Shown here piece by piece: positions 1 to 8,515 of a stretch of 40,283 bases of DNA. How positions within the stretch are numbered: the stretch's first letter is position 1; the number at the start of each line of letters is the position of its first letter. The position numbers and the translations under genes are program-made. Location: IMG/VR virus record IMGVR_UViG_3300037518_000480, positions 1-40,283 of that record. One strand, given 5' to 3'. The notes below the pieces were generated by a model. That model had not been told where the DNA came from. It ran no database searches and saw only the letters and a program-made list of their open reading frames with translations. This DNA comes from a virus. Its lineage: Duplodnaviria > Caudoviricetes.

Positions 1-2
1 CT

Positions 3-125
3 GGGTCCGCGGGAAGCGGGTGAGCAACGGGTGTGTCAGGTGGGGGCTTCGACGGAAACGCGGGTTCTGCAGGAACGGCAGGAAACGACGGAACCGTTAT
101 TGAGATTCAGGTTGACAACGTGTAA
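3..125 (+). CDS. C-terminal end of the Gly-rich tail protein that begins at 38968 (wraps around the circle)
   Basis: Frame 3 reads GSAGSG*ATGVSGGGFDGNAGSAGTAGNDGTVIEIQVDNV-stop. Bases 9-27 match 40264-40282 at 18/19 and in frame; the one mismatch creates the TGA at 21-23. Confidence 0.7.
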
Positions 126-142
126 GAACTGTTCCTGAACAC

Positions 143-189
143 TTATTCACACCTACTTTGGCTTGACAAGTTATCCACTGTGCTACACT
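143..189 (+). promoter_or_regulatory. sigma70-type promoter with DnaA-box-like motifs
   Basis: TTATTCACA 143-151, TTGACA 163-168, TTATCCACT 171-179, TG-C-TACACT 181-189; ATG 6 nt later at 196. The -35/-10 spacer is short (15 nt). Confidence 0.5.
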
Positions 190-195
190 TGCATT

Positions 196-282
196 ATGTT
201 ACAAAAAGAGTACAATCTGTACTGTGAGGCGGCGGGGCTTCCCGCTGGTTCGCCTCTTTTTGGACATCACAAAACCCTGTAG
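196..282 (+). CDS. 28-aa hypothetical peptide (MLQKEYNLYCEAAGLPAGSPLFGHHKTL)
   Basis: ATG 6 nt after a -10 box; stop codon falls inside a terminator hairpin. Confidence 0.4.
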   Translation: MLQKEYNLYCEAAGLPAGSPLFGHHKTL

Positions 283-305
283 AGCTTCGGCTCTGCGGGG
301 CTTTT
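271..305 (+). terminator. intrinsic terminator, probably bidirectional
   Basis: aaaa-ccctgtagagc-TTCG-gctctgcggg-gctttt. Confidence 0.8.
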
Positions 306-540
306 GTGTTCATGACGTGGGAGTTTAATTTCGGGAGTGCGTCGTTAAAAAAGTTCCCGGAACTGTTGGTCCCTCCACCTAAAACAGGAGGGCAAACTCA
401 AGGGGCATACCCCACAATTTCTTCACTTGCTCGCTGTAAAACAGCGGGGGGAGGGGGGGAGTACGGCAACAAATCTAAGAAGCATATTGTTAAACCCAAC
501 CTAAAGTGCTAGGAAAAGCAGTCGTATAAAACAATAGAAG

Positions 541-768
541 ATGAAATGCAAATCCCCATTCTGCGGAGGGGTGTTTCAGGAAGAGCCGAAGAAACATTAT
601 CTCTACTGTTCCGACTTCTGCCGCGAGCAGACGCGGTTCGCGGTCTTTCGGGGAAACAGTGTCTACTGTACCAAGAACGACGGCGAGATTCGTGAGATTG
701 TAATTCAGCGTAAGGAGTGCGCGCGGCGGTTTTGTGAAAGAAAGAGGACGGAAACCATTGTGGTATAA
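541..768 (+). CDS. small Cys-rich putative Zn-finger protein
   Basis: CKSPFC...YCSDFC...C..C cysteine pattern. Confidence 0.55.
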   Translation: MKCKSPFCGGVFQEEPKKHYLYCSDFCREQTRFAVFRGNSVYCTKNDGEIREIVIQRKECARRFCERKRTETIVV

Positions 769-769
769 T
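761..769 (+). promoter_or_regulatory. extended -10 promoter
   Basis: TG-G-TATAAT, 8 nt before ATG 778. Confidence 0.55.
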
Positions 770-777
770 GTTTTGCA

Positions 778-2658
778 ATGGGACTTTTAGATACACTCAA
801 AAGCGTTGGCTCAAACATAGTTACTGGAGCAAAGGACATCATTGGTGGTATTACATCGGGAGCAAAGAATGTTGCCAAGGACGTTTTCATAGCAGGTGAA
901 AACTTACGAGCTGGTGCCGGTGTCGGGGGCGCTCTTGCGTCTTTCAAACAGCCGCCAACATCGGAAGATGCGCTTATTTTCAGAACAACGTCTGCAGACC
1001 TCAAGAGGGCCGAGGACGCCAGAAAAGCCAGAGGTGAAAGAGATGTGGCGTCGGGCAAGGGGCCCTTATCAAAGCCAATCACCTCTGCCCGTCCTGCATC
1101 AAGTTCAAAGAGTAAAACCACTACCACGAGCGACGGCTATACATATAGAACCACCCCGAGCGGTGAGAGAGAGCTTGTCAGTGGCCCGGGTCAGGCAGGG
1201 GGTGCGGGTATTTCATCGCAACAGTTCGGAGGTTCTTCGGGGGGTTCTTCCGTCAACTTCACGCCGTTTGCGGGGGCTCAAGGCGACGCCGGAGGCGGGC
1301 GCTCTTCTTTTACAGGACTTCTCGGGGCGGCGGGTACGGGGGCGCTCTCAATACCCGTGTCTACGGAGGATGAAGCGGAACGGTTTGAGAATATTTTGCG
1401 TACTGCCAAATCAACCCCCGCGACAGTCGAGAACACATTTTTCAACCAACTCTTTCCTTCGGAAAAAAAACCGGCACCGCAGAGCGTTCCTCCTACTGAA
1501 CGCATAGGTGATGTGGAAACGGGACCCTCGACAGATGCGACCTCGCTTGGGACACAAACGACAACCACAGGAACAACTCCCAGCCTTGCAACAATTCAGG
1601 AACAACTTGACCAGATTCGCAACCGTGCTTTGGAGTTGCGGGAGCAGGAAGAAATGGTAGACCCGACACCGCCCGAGCCGATTGTCGAGACCATCGCGCA
1701 ACTTGAGGCGCTCTCACTCGCGGCACAAGGCAACGACTTGTCGTTTCGGGAACAGTTTGATGAGATACAGAAATCAAGCGGTCTCACGGGTTTGCAGGCG
1801 GAGCGCATTGACCTATTAAAAAATGTCAACGCCGCCAACGATGCGATTATGGAGGTCTATGAGGACATCAAGACCAACCCCGACTTTCCAAAAGGTCTTG
1901 CGGCGCGTCGTCTTGCCGACGTAACGGACAAACATAAGATAGCCATTCAGTCGTTCTTGGGTCAGCTTGACGTGGTGAACCAAATGATTTCTGATGCAAA
2001 CACTTTTGTAAACCGAGAGTTGCAGATTCTTGAGGCGGATGAACAGCGACAGCGACAGGCACGACAAGACCTGCAACAGTTGTGGAAGTTCTTGGGAGAT
2101 ATGGGTGCCTTGGGTGCGCTCTCCGATAATCACATCGATATGTTCTCTGACGGCTTGGGTATCCCGAACTCTGCCTTGAAGAAGGCGGTAGCGAACGCGC
2201 AAAAGAGTAACACCACCTTTGACCTGCGTTCGGGTGTCGGCGGGTCGTTGTACCAGATTGAACGTGACGAGCGCGGACAGGTGCTCGGCATGAAACAGAT
2301 TATTGCACCGCAGGAGTCATCGGGCAGTTCGGGTCTTTCATTCTTTAATGTGGTTGGAGCAAGCGGAGAAACGATACGATACGCGCAGGACAAGGCAGGA
2401 AACATTGTGAGCCAGACAACCTTGTCGGGGACAGGTACTACCAGCTTGTCCGAGAAAACAGATAGTGTTATTCAATACATTCAGACACAGTTGCTACCGT
2501 TCCCTAATGAATATTCAAAGGACGGAGCAAGAGAGCTGGTGCAAGAATATGCCGGACTTCTGGGTGTTTCTCTTAACAAGAACATTGAGGCAGAACTTGA
2601 AAAATACAACCCAGACGTACAACAGTCAAAGCTGTGGACATGGTTAACGGGAAACTAA
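778..2658 (+). CDS. probable internal virion/DNA ejection protein
   Basis: 626 aa; Gly/Ser/Thr-rich N half, coiled-coil middle; follows the tail genes on the circle. Confidence 0.6.
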   Translation: MGLLDTLKSVGSNIVTGAKDIIGGITSGAKNVAKDVFIAGENLRAGAGVGGALASFKQPPTSEDALIFRTTSADLKRAEDARKARGERDVASGKGPLSKPITSARPASSSKSKTTTTSDGYTYRTTPSGERELVSGPGQAGGAGISSQQFGGSSGGSSVNFTPFAGAQGDAGGGRSSFTGLLGAAGTGALSIPVSTEDEAERFENILRTAKSTPATVENTFFNQLFPSEKKPAPQSVPPTERIGDVETGPSTDATSLGTQTTTTGTTPSLATIQEQLDQIRNRALELREQEEMVDPTPPEPIVETIAQLEALSLAAQGNDLSFREQFDEIQKSSGLTGLQAERIDLLKNVNAANDAIMEVYEDIKTNPDFPKGLAARRLADVTDKHKIAIQSFLGQLDVVNQMISDANTFVNRELQILEADEQRQRQARQDLQQLWKFLGDMGALGALSDNHIDMFSDGLGIPNSALKKAVANAQKSNTTFDLRSGVGGSLYQIERDERGQVLGMKQIIAPQESSGSSGLSFFNVVGASGETIRYAQDKAGNIVSQTTLSGTGTTSLSEKTDSVIQYIQTQLLPFPNEYSKDGARELVQEYAGLLGVSLNKNIEAELEKYNPDVQQSKLWTWLTGN

Positions 2659-2664
2659 ACAATC

Positions 2665-5520
2665 ATGGCTGAACCACTTTCTCCGGCAGAGTTCTTCCTA
2701 CAGAAGCATGGAGGAGGAACTACAACAGAACCACCAAAGGCGGTGCCATTTGTTCCGCGGGGTGTTTCGCCACAGACACCGACAACAGGCGAACCGCAGG
2801 TAACAGGCGGGCCTCTTTCACCAGAGGAGTTCTTTCAACAAAGACACCAAGGCGTATCGGCTCCGAGTTTTGCCATTCCATCGGAACCCCAAGGAGAGGA
2901 AAAACCGTCTCTCTTTCGGGAGATTTTCAATTCACCCATTGAACTAGGCAAAGACCTTGCCGCGTCTTTCTCGCCGGAGGCAAAGGAACTTGATGAGTCG
3001 CTTCGTGGAACTATGGCGGCGGTAGAGAAGCTCAAAAGCTCGGACATGTCCGAGCGACAGAAGCAGATTGTGGCAAACATCATGAGTGAGATTGAACCAC
3101 TCGCCGACGTATTTCCCGCAAAGAGTTATTCACAACTCGTGGGGGACGTGCTTGGCACGGCACTCTGGGTACTTCCCGTCGGTCAGCTTGCGGCGGGTGT
3201 GCGGACGGCGGAAGCGGTGGCTAAACTTGGGACGGCGGCGCGGGTGGCGCAGATAGGGGCTCGCGGTTCGTTAGTCGGAGGAGCGTTCGGAGGGGCCGCC
3301 GCGCTCACCGAGGGTGAAGACCTTGCGGGAACGATAAAGCACACGTTTATCGGTGCGGCAGTCGGCGCTCCGCTTGAGATTGGCGGCGTGTATGCGTTTA
3401 AGGGACTAAAACACACCGCGTCGTCCGCGCTTCAAGCCATAAAGAAGGGTGCAGACAAAACAGGAATCACCACAAAGATTGAGCAGTCGTCCGTTGTCGC
3501 ATACTTCCGTTCTCTGGGGTCTCGCATTTCAAAGGACTACGGGCCTCTGGGTAAAGACATCGCGGACAGAATGAACACTTCAGGGGAAAACAAACTGATG
3601 CAGGCGGGAAGAACACATGAATCACTGACGCAAAGAGGACTTTTTGACCTTGACGATAACGAGGCGTGGGCTTTGGTGGATGCGTTAGAGGGCAGGGTCT
3701 CTCCTGAATCACTTACCCCCAGAGCCAAGGGGGTCTTTGAGGTAGTGAAAAACGAAAGTAAAGCGGTGGCAGACATCACGGAGCTTCTTGGGGTGAAGGT
3801 GCGTATTGCAGGACAGGGCATGTCGTTTGAAGAGGAGGCGGCACAAAGGATTGCGGGAACACTTACTCCCGAACAGGCGCTAGCGTCTAAAAGGGGAGCC
3901 GCGGGTCTGATTAAGGAGGTTCCATTCAGGCCCCGTGAGAACTTCTTTCCTCACATGGTTCCCTCCATTGAAAAACTCACGGCAGGAACCATGCGTGAGA
4001 AAGTTATTGCAGATACCGTTCGTCGCGGGATTTTCAAAACACCCGAGGAGGCGGCGCGAGTTCTTGACGACTACCTGCTTTTTATTAACTCTGGCGGTAA
4101 GAGTGCGGGATATTGGGAGAAGTATCTCGTTGAGAGCGGACAGGCAAAAACGCTTGAACAGGCAAAGGGAATGACCAGCAGATTCTTTAAGGCATCACGC
4201 CGTCCGCGCTTCGGCAATCTTGAATCGGCTCGTGAGTTTGACTTTCCCTTTTATGACCCCGACCCGCGCAACGTACTCCCGCTCTATTTTATGAAGGCAT
4301 ACGGCACACTGAATGATATTGAGGTGTTTGGACAGGGGCTTACAAAACTTGACTCAATCATAGGACGTTTGTATAAAGATAATGTCAAGGAGCACGGCTT
4401 TGTTAAGGCGGGGAATATGAACAAAGAGATACGGCTTCTTATCAACACGGCAATGGGGGCGATTGAACATTCTTCTAAAGCCGAAGCGACCAGCGCGTTT
4501 ATGAGAATGCTACAGATACCGAAGTTGGCTTTCGCACAGTTGCTGAACGCCTCACAGTCGGTGAACACACTCCTTGTATCTGATGCCAAGGCGTTCTTTC
4601 GGTCAATTCCCTACGCATTTAGAGAAGAGGGTAGGATGCTTGCGCTTCGTTCGGGAGCGACCTTGGAACAGGTGCTTCGGCAGTCGCAGATGGCCCTTGG
4701 TGCGGAGGGCAACTTCGGAGAGTCGTTCTTGAAATGGACGGGGTTTAGCATGGTTGAGAAGTTTAACCGAGTTCTTGCGAGTAATGTTGGAGTGAACTAT
4801 GCGCGAGATGTGGCGGAGAAGCTGGTTAAGAATCCTAACAACAAAGTGTATCGCTTGAGATTGCAGGAACTGGGCGTTAATCCTGAAAACATTCTGGCTC
4901 GAGGTGGAATTGCCGAGGACGAACTCTTAAAGGCGGCGTTCAGGGTGTCTGCAATGACACAGTTTCTTTCGCGCTCAACTGACCTGCCTATTTTTGCACA
5001 GAGCCCTCTTGGGAAAGCGGTGTTTCAATTCAAGTCCTTTGGCTTTCAACAAACGACGTTCATAAAGAATCGTCTGGTGGCACAGATGCGGGCGGGTAAC
5101 TATAAGGGACTGGCGAGAGACCTGCTCGTGCTCTCGGTTGTGTTTCCCGCCACGGGCGAGGTAACGGCGGACATCCGTTCTCTCATTACGGGTACGGAAC
5201 GACCTACGGGAGCCCTTGACCGATACATTTCAGATGTCATGGCGGTTGGTGGGTTGGGTATTATGGCGGATGCCTTTATATCTGCAGGGTATGGTTCTCT
5301 TGCTGACTACTTTCTTGGTCCATCTGCGGGAACTGCCACGGAGTTGGTTGAGCGTGTCGCGGGTGATATAAAACGGGGCAAGGTATCAAAATCAGATGCG
5401 CGGTTTCTTCTTAATCAGACAGGATTCGGGCGTATTCTATCTGGTTATGTGTTTCCTAATGACAAAAAGGAGCAGGAAACATTTCTTGAAACTTTGAAGG
5501 AGTGGTCTAATGAGTTATAG
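2665..5520 (+). CDS. large internal virion/DNA ejection protein
   Basis: 951 aa; N-terminal repeated PLSP(A/E)EFF motif, Gly/Ala-rich hydrophobic segments, helical C-terminus; position typical of podovirus ejection proteins. Confidence 0.65.
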   Translation: MAEPLSPAEFFLQKHGGGTTTEPPKAVPFVPRGVSPQTPTTGEPQVTGGPLSPEEFFQQRHQGVSAPSFAIPSEPQGEEKPSLFREIFNSPIELGKDLAASFSPEAKELDESLRGTMAAVEKLKSSDMSERQKQIVANIMSEIEPLADVFPAKSYSQLVGDVLGTALWVLPVGQLAAGVRTAEAVAKLGTAARVAQIGARGSLVGGAFGGAAALTEGEDLAGTIKHTFIGAAVGAPLEIGGVYAFKGLKHTASSALQAIKKGADKTGITTKIEQSSVVAYFRSLGSRISKDYGPLGKDIADRMNTSGENKLMQAGRTHESLTQRGLFDLDDNEAWALVDALEGRVSPESLTPRAKGVFEVVKNESKAVADITELLGVKVRIAGQGMSFEEEAAQRIAGTLTPEQALASKRGAAGLIKEVPFRPRENFFPHMVPSIEKLTAGTMREKVIADTVRRGIFKTPEEAARVLDDYLLFINSGGKSAGYWEKYLVESGQAKTLEQAKGMTSRFFKASRRPRFGNLESAREFDFPFYDPDPRNVLPLYFMKAYGTLNDIEVFGQGLTKLDSIIGRLYKDNVKEHGFVKAGNMNKEIRLLINTAMGAIEHSSKAEATSAFMRMLQIPKLAFAQLLNASQSVNTLLVSDAKAFFRSIPYAFREEGRMLALRSGATLEQVLRQSQMALGAEGNFGESFLKWTGFSMVEKFNRVLASNVGVNYARDVAEKLVKNPNNKVYRLRLQELGVNPENILARGGIAEDELLKAAFRVSAMTQFLSRSTDLPIFAQSPLGKAVFQFKSFGFQQTTFIKNRLVAQMRAGNYKGLARDLLVLSVVFPATGEVTADIRSLITGTERPTGALDRYISDVMAVGGLGIMADAFISAGYGSLADYFLGPSAGTATELVERVAGDIKRGKVSKSDARFLLNQTGFGRILSGYVFPNDKKEQETFLETLKEWSNEL

Positions 5521-5528
5521 TTATTAGT

Positions 5529-6053
5529 ATGAAACCATTTCTCTATCAACCGACGTACCCGTTCATCATTACCCAGCGGTTCGGAGAGAATCCGAACCAC
5601 CCTGTCTACGGCTACGGCCCGGGCGGTCATCCGGGTATTGATTTACGGGCGAAGCCAAACACGCCAATCTACTGCGCGCTTGCGGGTAGGGTTGAGAGAG
5701 CCAATATTGACGCGCAACGCGGTTTGAATGTCGATGTTCTTTCACAAGTAGGCGACGAATTTATTGTTCATAAGTATTTTCACGGGAACGCGCTCAAGTG
5801 CAAGGAAGGAGATATTGTAAAAACAGGACAGCTCATCATGCTCTCGGGGGCGACAGGGAACACCACGGGGCCGCACCTCCACTTTGAAGTAGAGGAGGAA
5901 GACGCTTCGGGAAAACTCTTGAATGGGAACAATGGACACTTCGGACGACTTGACCCTGAACGGCTCCTGCTACCGCATCCTGCACTGAAATATAGCCTTC
6001 TGACGCAACTGGTTTCGTTGTATACGGCAGTATTGAGGAAGTTAGGCGGATAG
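5529..6053 (+). CDS. M23-family peptidase (endolysin)
   Basis: ITQRFG, HPGID (HxxxD), GATGNTTGPHLHFE (HxH), DP motifs. Confidence 0.9.
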   Translation: MKPFLYQPTYPFIITQRFGENPNHPVYGYGPGGHPGIDLRAKPNTPIYCALAGRVERANIDAQRGLNVDVLSQVGDEFIVHKYFHGNALKCKEGDIVKTGQLIMLSGATGNTTGPHLHFEVEEEDASGKLLNGNNGHFGRLDPERLLLPHPALKYSLLTQLVSLYTAVLRKLGG

Positions 6054-6145
6054 CACTCTCCGCGGAGGCCACATAATTTTTTTATGCGTCTTCCACGGAG
6101 CGGGCTAGCCCATTGGTCGCCCTAGGGTTACCGCAATAGTTCTTT

Positions 6146-6275
6146 GACAGGTTGTTGGTTGATGGGGGAATGGTCTAAATAGCGGTTTGTAAGGCAGGCA
6201 TCCGAAAGGAGTTAAAATTCCTCGCATAGCGAAAGCTATACCACTGCTTCCCCACCAGCCAACAACAGACCTGTC
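6146..6275 (+). ncRNA. putative structured RNA in a long closing stem, preceded by a boxA-like site
   Basis: gacaggttgttggttgatgggggaa pairs with ttccccaccagccaacaacagacctgtc; inner tcc-GAAA-gga and atagc-GAAA-gctat hairpins; GTTCTTTGACA at 6139. Confidence 0.55.
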
Positions 6276-6298
6276 TGTGCAGACAGAAAGGAGGTCTC

Positions 6299-6487
6299 GT
6301 GCAGATTCATTCTGCTCGGCGCGGTTTGACGATTCGCCACGAGAGGGGCGGTGTTCGGTTCTTCCCGTGGTCTGAAGAGGACGAGGCGTTCCGCTACATC
6401 AGGTCGCTCTTCATTCGGCTCGGCAAGCCACGCTACGGCGACCTTATCATTCGCCGATTGCGGAGGGTACGGCACGGGGTCAACTGA
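6299..6487 (+). CDS. small basic (Arg-rich) hypothetical protein
   Basis: GTG start with strong AAAGGAGGT Shine-Dalgarno, unusual in this genome. Confidence 0.55.
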   Translation: MQIHSARRGLTIRHERGGVRFFPWSEEDEAFRYIRSLFIRLGKPRYGDLIIRRLRRVRHGVN

Positions 6488-6594
6488 AGAGTTGGGGCGG
6501 TATCTTACGAGGTATCGCCCCAAACTGTCCTGCTTGCTACAGACAGGTCAACAGAGCCGTGGAAATACTATCCCCACTCTCTCTTGCAACACGC

Positions 6595-6625
6595 TTGACA
6601 GGAAAGAATGAGGCAATGGTATACT
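6595..6625 (+). promoter_or_regulatory. promoter upstream of the large structured RNA
   Basis: TTGACA 6595-6600, TG-G-TATACT 6617-6625 (spacer long, 19 nt). Confidence 0.55.
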
Positions 6626-6631
6626 GGTATT

Positions 6632-6882
6632 AGGTGAGGTAGACCCATCTCTGAATGTTCTGGCGAGGTTCTTTCACATCAGCAGAGAGTATCGTCATAC
6701 GACCTAGCGTTCTAGGTGCGCGATACCGCGATGTAAATAGTCTACAATGCTCGTGGGTTTTCCCTCGCGGTAATCATTAAATAAGGGGTGATGAGCATAG
6801 TCCCCACACCGGTGGCTCTGTTCGCGCTAAACCACCGGCTTGAGAACGTCCTCTGCTGATGTGAGGGAGTCGCAATTACCAG
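6632..6882 (+). ncRNA. putative ~250-nt multi-stem structured RNA, family not recognised
   Basis: No ORF; perfect 14-bp long-range helix tcacatcagcagag/ctctgctgatgtga plus gtatcg/cgatac, acctag/ctaggt, ccgcga/tcgcgg, ccggtgg/ccaccgg and crossing pairs. Confidence 0.6.
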
Positions 6883-6896
6883 ATAACATTTTGAGT

Positions 6897-7055
6897 ATGC
6901 TTTCAGGATTCAAAACATACATTGTTGGTAGTGTTGGAGTGGTTTTTGCAATCATCGGTGTATTGATGGGGTTCATTGACACGGTACAGGCGGGAGAAAT
7001 CTTTCTTGCCTCTCTCGGTCTGATGACTCTCCGTGCAGGTATTGCAAAAAGGTAG
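6897..7055 (+). CDS. holin-like two-TM protein
   Basis: MLSGFKTYIV...LGLMTLRAGIAKR; two hydrophobic helices, basic tail; lies between two lysins. Confidence 0.65.
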   Translation: MLSGFKTYIVGSVGVVFAIIGVLMGFIDTVQAGEIFLASLGLMTLRAGIAKR

Positions 7056-7202
7056 TCGCTTCGCGAGTTCTCACGCTCAATGAGTCGGTCCCGAGAACAC
7101 GACCAAATATATCGCTCGACCGATGTATAGTATTTTTGGGGCATTGAGTGGGGAACAGGTGGCACGATGGTTCTTTGAAAACCAAATCGGACAAAAATCA
7201 CA

Positions 7203-7460
7203 ATGATAAAAATTGTTATTCTTCAGCGTGGGTGGGTGTTCATTGGCAAGCTCTCACAAGAGGGGACGCTTTGCACACTCACTGACGCTTACAATATCCG
7301 TCGGTGGGGAACCACTGATGGGTTAGGTCAGCTCGCATTAGAAGGTAAGCAGGCAGAAACGAAGCTCGATAAAATTGGAACTGTTTCATTCCACGAGTTA
7401 ACGTCTGTGGCATTTTTGGATGTCAACGAAGACGTATGGAAAAACGAGTTCACAACCTAA
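7203..7460 (+). CDS. small beta-rich phage protein (resembles the DUF6948/Sm-like type)
   Basis: IVILQRGWVFIG...AYNIRRWGTTDGLGQLALEG; family recalled from motif, not searched. Confidence 0.65.
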   Translation: MIKIVILQRGWVFIGKLSQEGTLCTLTDAYNIRRWGTTDGLGQLALEGKQAETKLDKIGTVSFHELTSVAFLDVNEDVWKNEFTT

Positions 7461-7768
7461 CCATTGCCGCGGGTTGTTTTGAGGAATCTCAATCAACCTA
7501 CGGCTACGGCGACGGCGAAGGCGACGGCTACGGCTACGGCAACGGCTACGGCAACGGCGACGGCTACGGCGACGGCGAAGGCGACGGCTACGGCGACGGC
7601 AACGGCGACGGCTACGGCGACGGCTACGGCTACGGCAACGGCGACGGCGAAGGCGACGGCTACGGCGACGGCGAAGGCGACGGCTACGGCTACGGCAACG
7701 GCGACGGCGAAGGCGACGGCGAAGGCGACGGCGAAGGCGACGGCTACGGCGACGGCTACGGCCTCTGA
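7436..7768 (+). CDS. Gly-X repeat protein (GDGYG/GDGEG/GNG)
   Basis: ~21-aa leader, then strict G-[YDEN] alternation encoded by a 6-nt periodic GGC-NAN repeat at 7499-7762. Confidence 0.7.
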   Translation: MEKRVHNLTIAAGCFEESQSTYGYGDGEGDGYGYGNGYGNGDGYGDGEGDGYGDGNGDGYGDGYGYGNGDGEGDGYGDGEGDGYGYGNGDGEGDGEGDGEGDGYGDGYGL

Positions 7769-7781
7769 TTACAAGGGTTGC

Positions 7782-7825
7782 TCTGTGGAACATCTTATGA
7801 GGCAACTCTTGGGATGTTCCACAGA
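7782..7825 (+). other. long RNA hairpin with GCAA tetraloop
   Basis: tctgtggaacatct-tatgag-GCAA-ctcttg-ggatgttccacaga; no U-tract follows. Confidence 0.7.
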
Positions 7826-7900
7826 AATTAAAAATGTCCGATTTGGTTTTCAGTGAATCAACTACGAAAGAACGGATGCTTTGTCATCTAACCAAGACAT

Positions 7901-8311
7901 ATAAAACACCTCATATGGTTCGTTGTTCTTATAGCCCTGTGTGCTCCAAAAACGCTGTCTGGCGAGGGTGTTTACCCCGCGCTGGAAGATGACCTATTTA
8001 ACACACGACTCGGCACCTACAAGGCAATTTTTGCCCTACAGGATAGGTACGGGGTACGGGGGCTTATTCCGGTGCTTCGGTGTGAATCGGGACTGAAGTG
8101 GTGGGCGTACAACCCCGCCGATACTGACGGCAAGCCCCGTTACGGTATCGCACAATATGCACCCTCAACTTTTTACGGTTTTGCCGAGGAGTGGCGTAAG
8201 ATATACGGCGAACGTGAGTTTGACATTGAGAGTCCGGCAGACCAAGTAGAGGTTATGGCGTTCTCGTTCTCGCGGGAGTGGCAGTATCATTGGGGTTGTT
8301 GGAAAGAATAA
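7901..8311 (+). CDS. lytic transglycosylase (SLT/lysozyme-like) with N-terminal signal-anchor; probable ATA start
   Basis: CESG...GIAQY..STF...HWGC motifs; frame open from 7892, and ATA 7901 gives (M)KHLIWFVVLIALCAP. Confidence 0.75.
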   Translation: MKHLIWFVVLIALCAPKTLSGEGVYPALEDDLFNTRLGTYKAIFALQDRYGVRGLIPVLRCESGLKWWAYNPADTDGKPRYGIAQYAPSTFYGFAEEWRKIYGEREFDIESPADQVEVMAFSFSREWQYHWGCWKE

Positions 8312-8314
8312 GAT

Positions 8315-8515
8315 ATGAAAAAACAAAAGCAACAAAAACAATTTATTGTGCGGAAATATGTAATGGCGAGTTCTGCAATAGACGCGATTCGGAAGGAAAA
8401 AAACAAACCTGTTGATGACGTATGGCTAGACGCTGATTGGGAGAAGAAGCAAAACGCAGACAGACCATCCGCTATTGGTTTCTCGAATAGTGAAAACACT
8501 GAAGACGAAGAGTGA
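8315..8515 (+). CDS. hypothetical protein
   Basis: ATG 3 nt after previous stop; basic N-terminus, acidic C-terminus. Confidence 0.65.
   Translation: MKKQKQQKQFIVRKYVMASSAIDAIRKEKNKPVDDVWLDADWEKKQNADRPSAIGFSNSENTEDEE

Larger units (their letters stand above)
7176..7852. repeat. perfect 18-bp inverted repeat (7176-7193 / 7835-7852) enclosing two genes
   Basis: tgaaaaccaaatcggaca ... tgtccgatttggttttca; extends outward by G-U pairs; left arm overlaps boxA-like GTTCTTTGAAAA. Confidence 0.9.

Noticed and set aside
21-23. In-frame TGA in a Gly-rich frame suggesting code 25 (TGA=Gly)
   Set aside because: Many genes end in TGA with ATGA overlaps (11525, 14318, 20503, 24011, 26452, 33810). The matching copy at the right end reads GGA, so this is likely a contig-end error.
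306-512. 68-aa ORF, and similar ORFs at 12549, 13027, 17019 and 17044
   Set aside because: No motifs; they overlap promoters, hairpins or low-complexity intergenic DNA.
6164-6257. tRNA or SRP RNA (GGGGGAA...TTCCCCACCA; CAGG..TCC-GAAA-GGA)
   Set aside because: No T-arm GTTC motif or anticodon arm, and no AGCAG of SRP helix 8. The ends are part of a longer stem.
7499-7762. CRISPR array, or the TATATA / poly-Arg alternative-frame ORFs
   Set aside because: 6-nt periodic coding repeat without spacers; the other frames are shadows of the Gly-X ORF.
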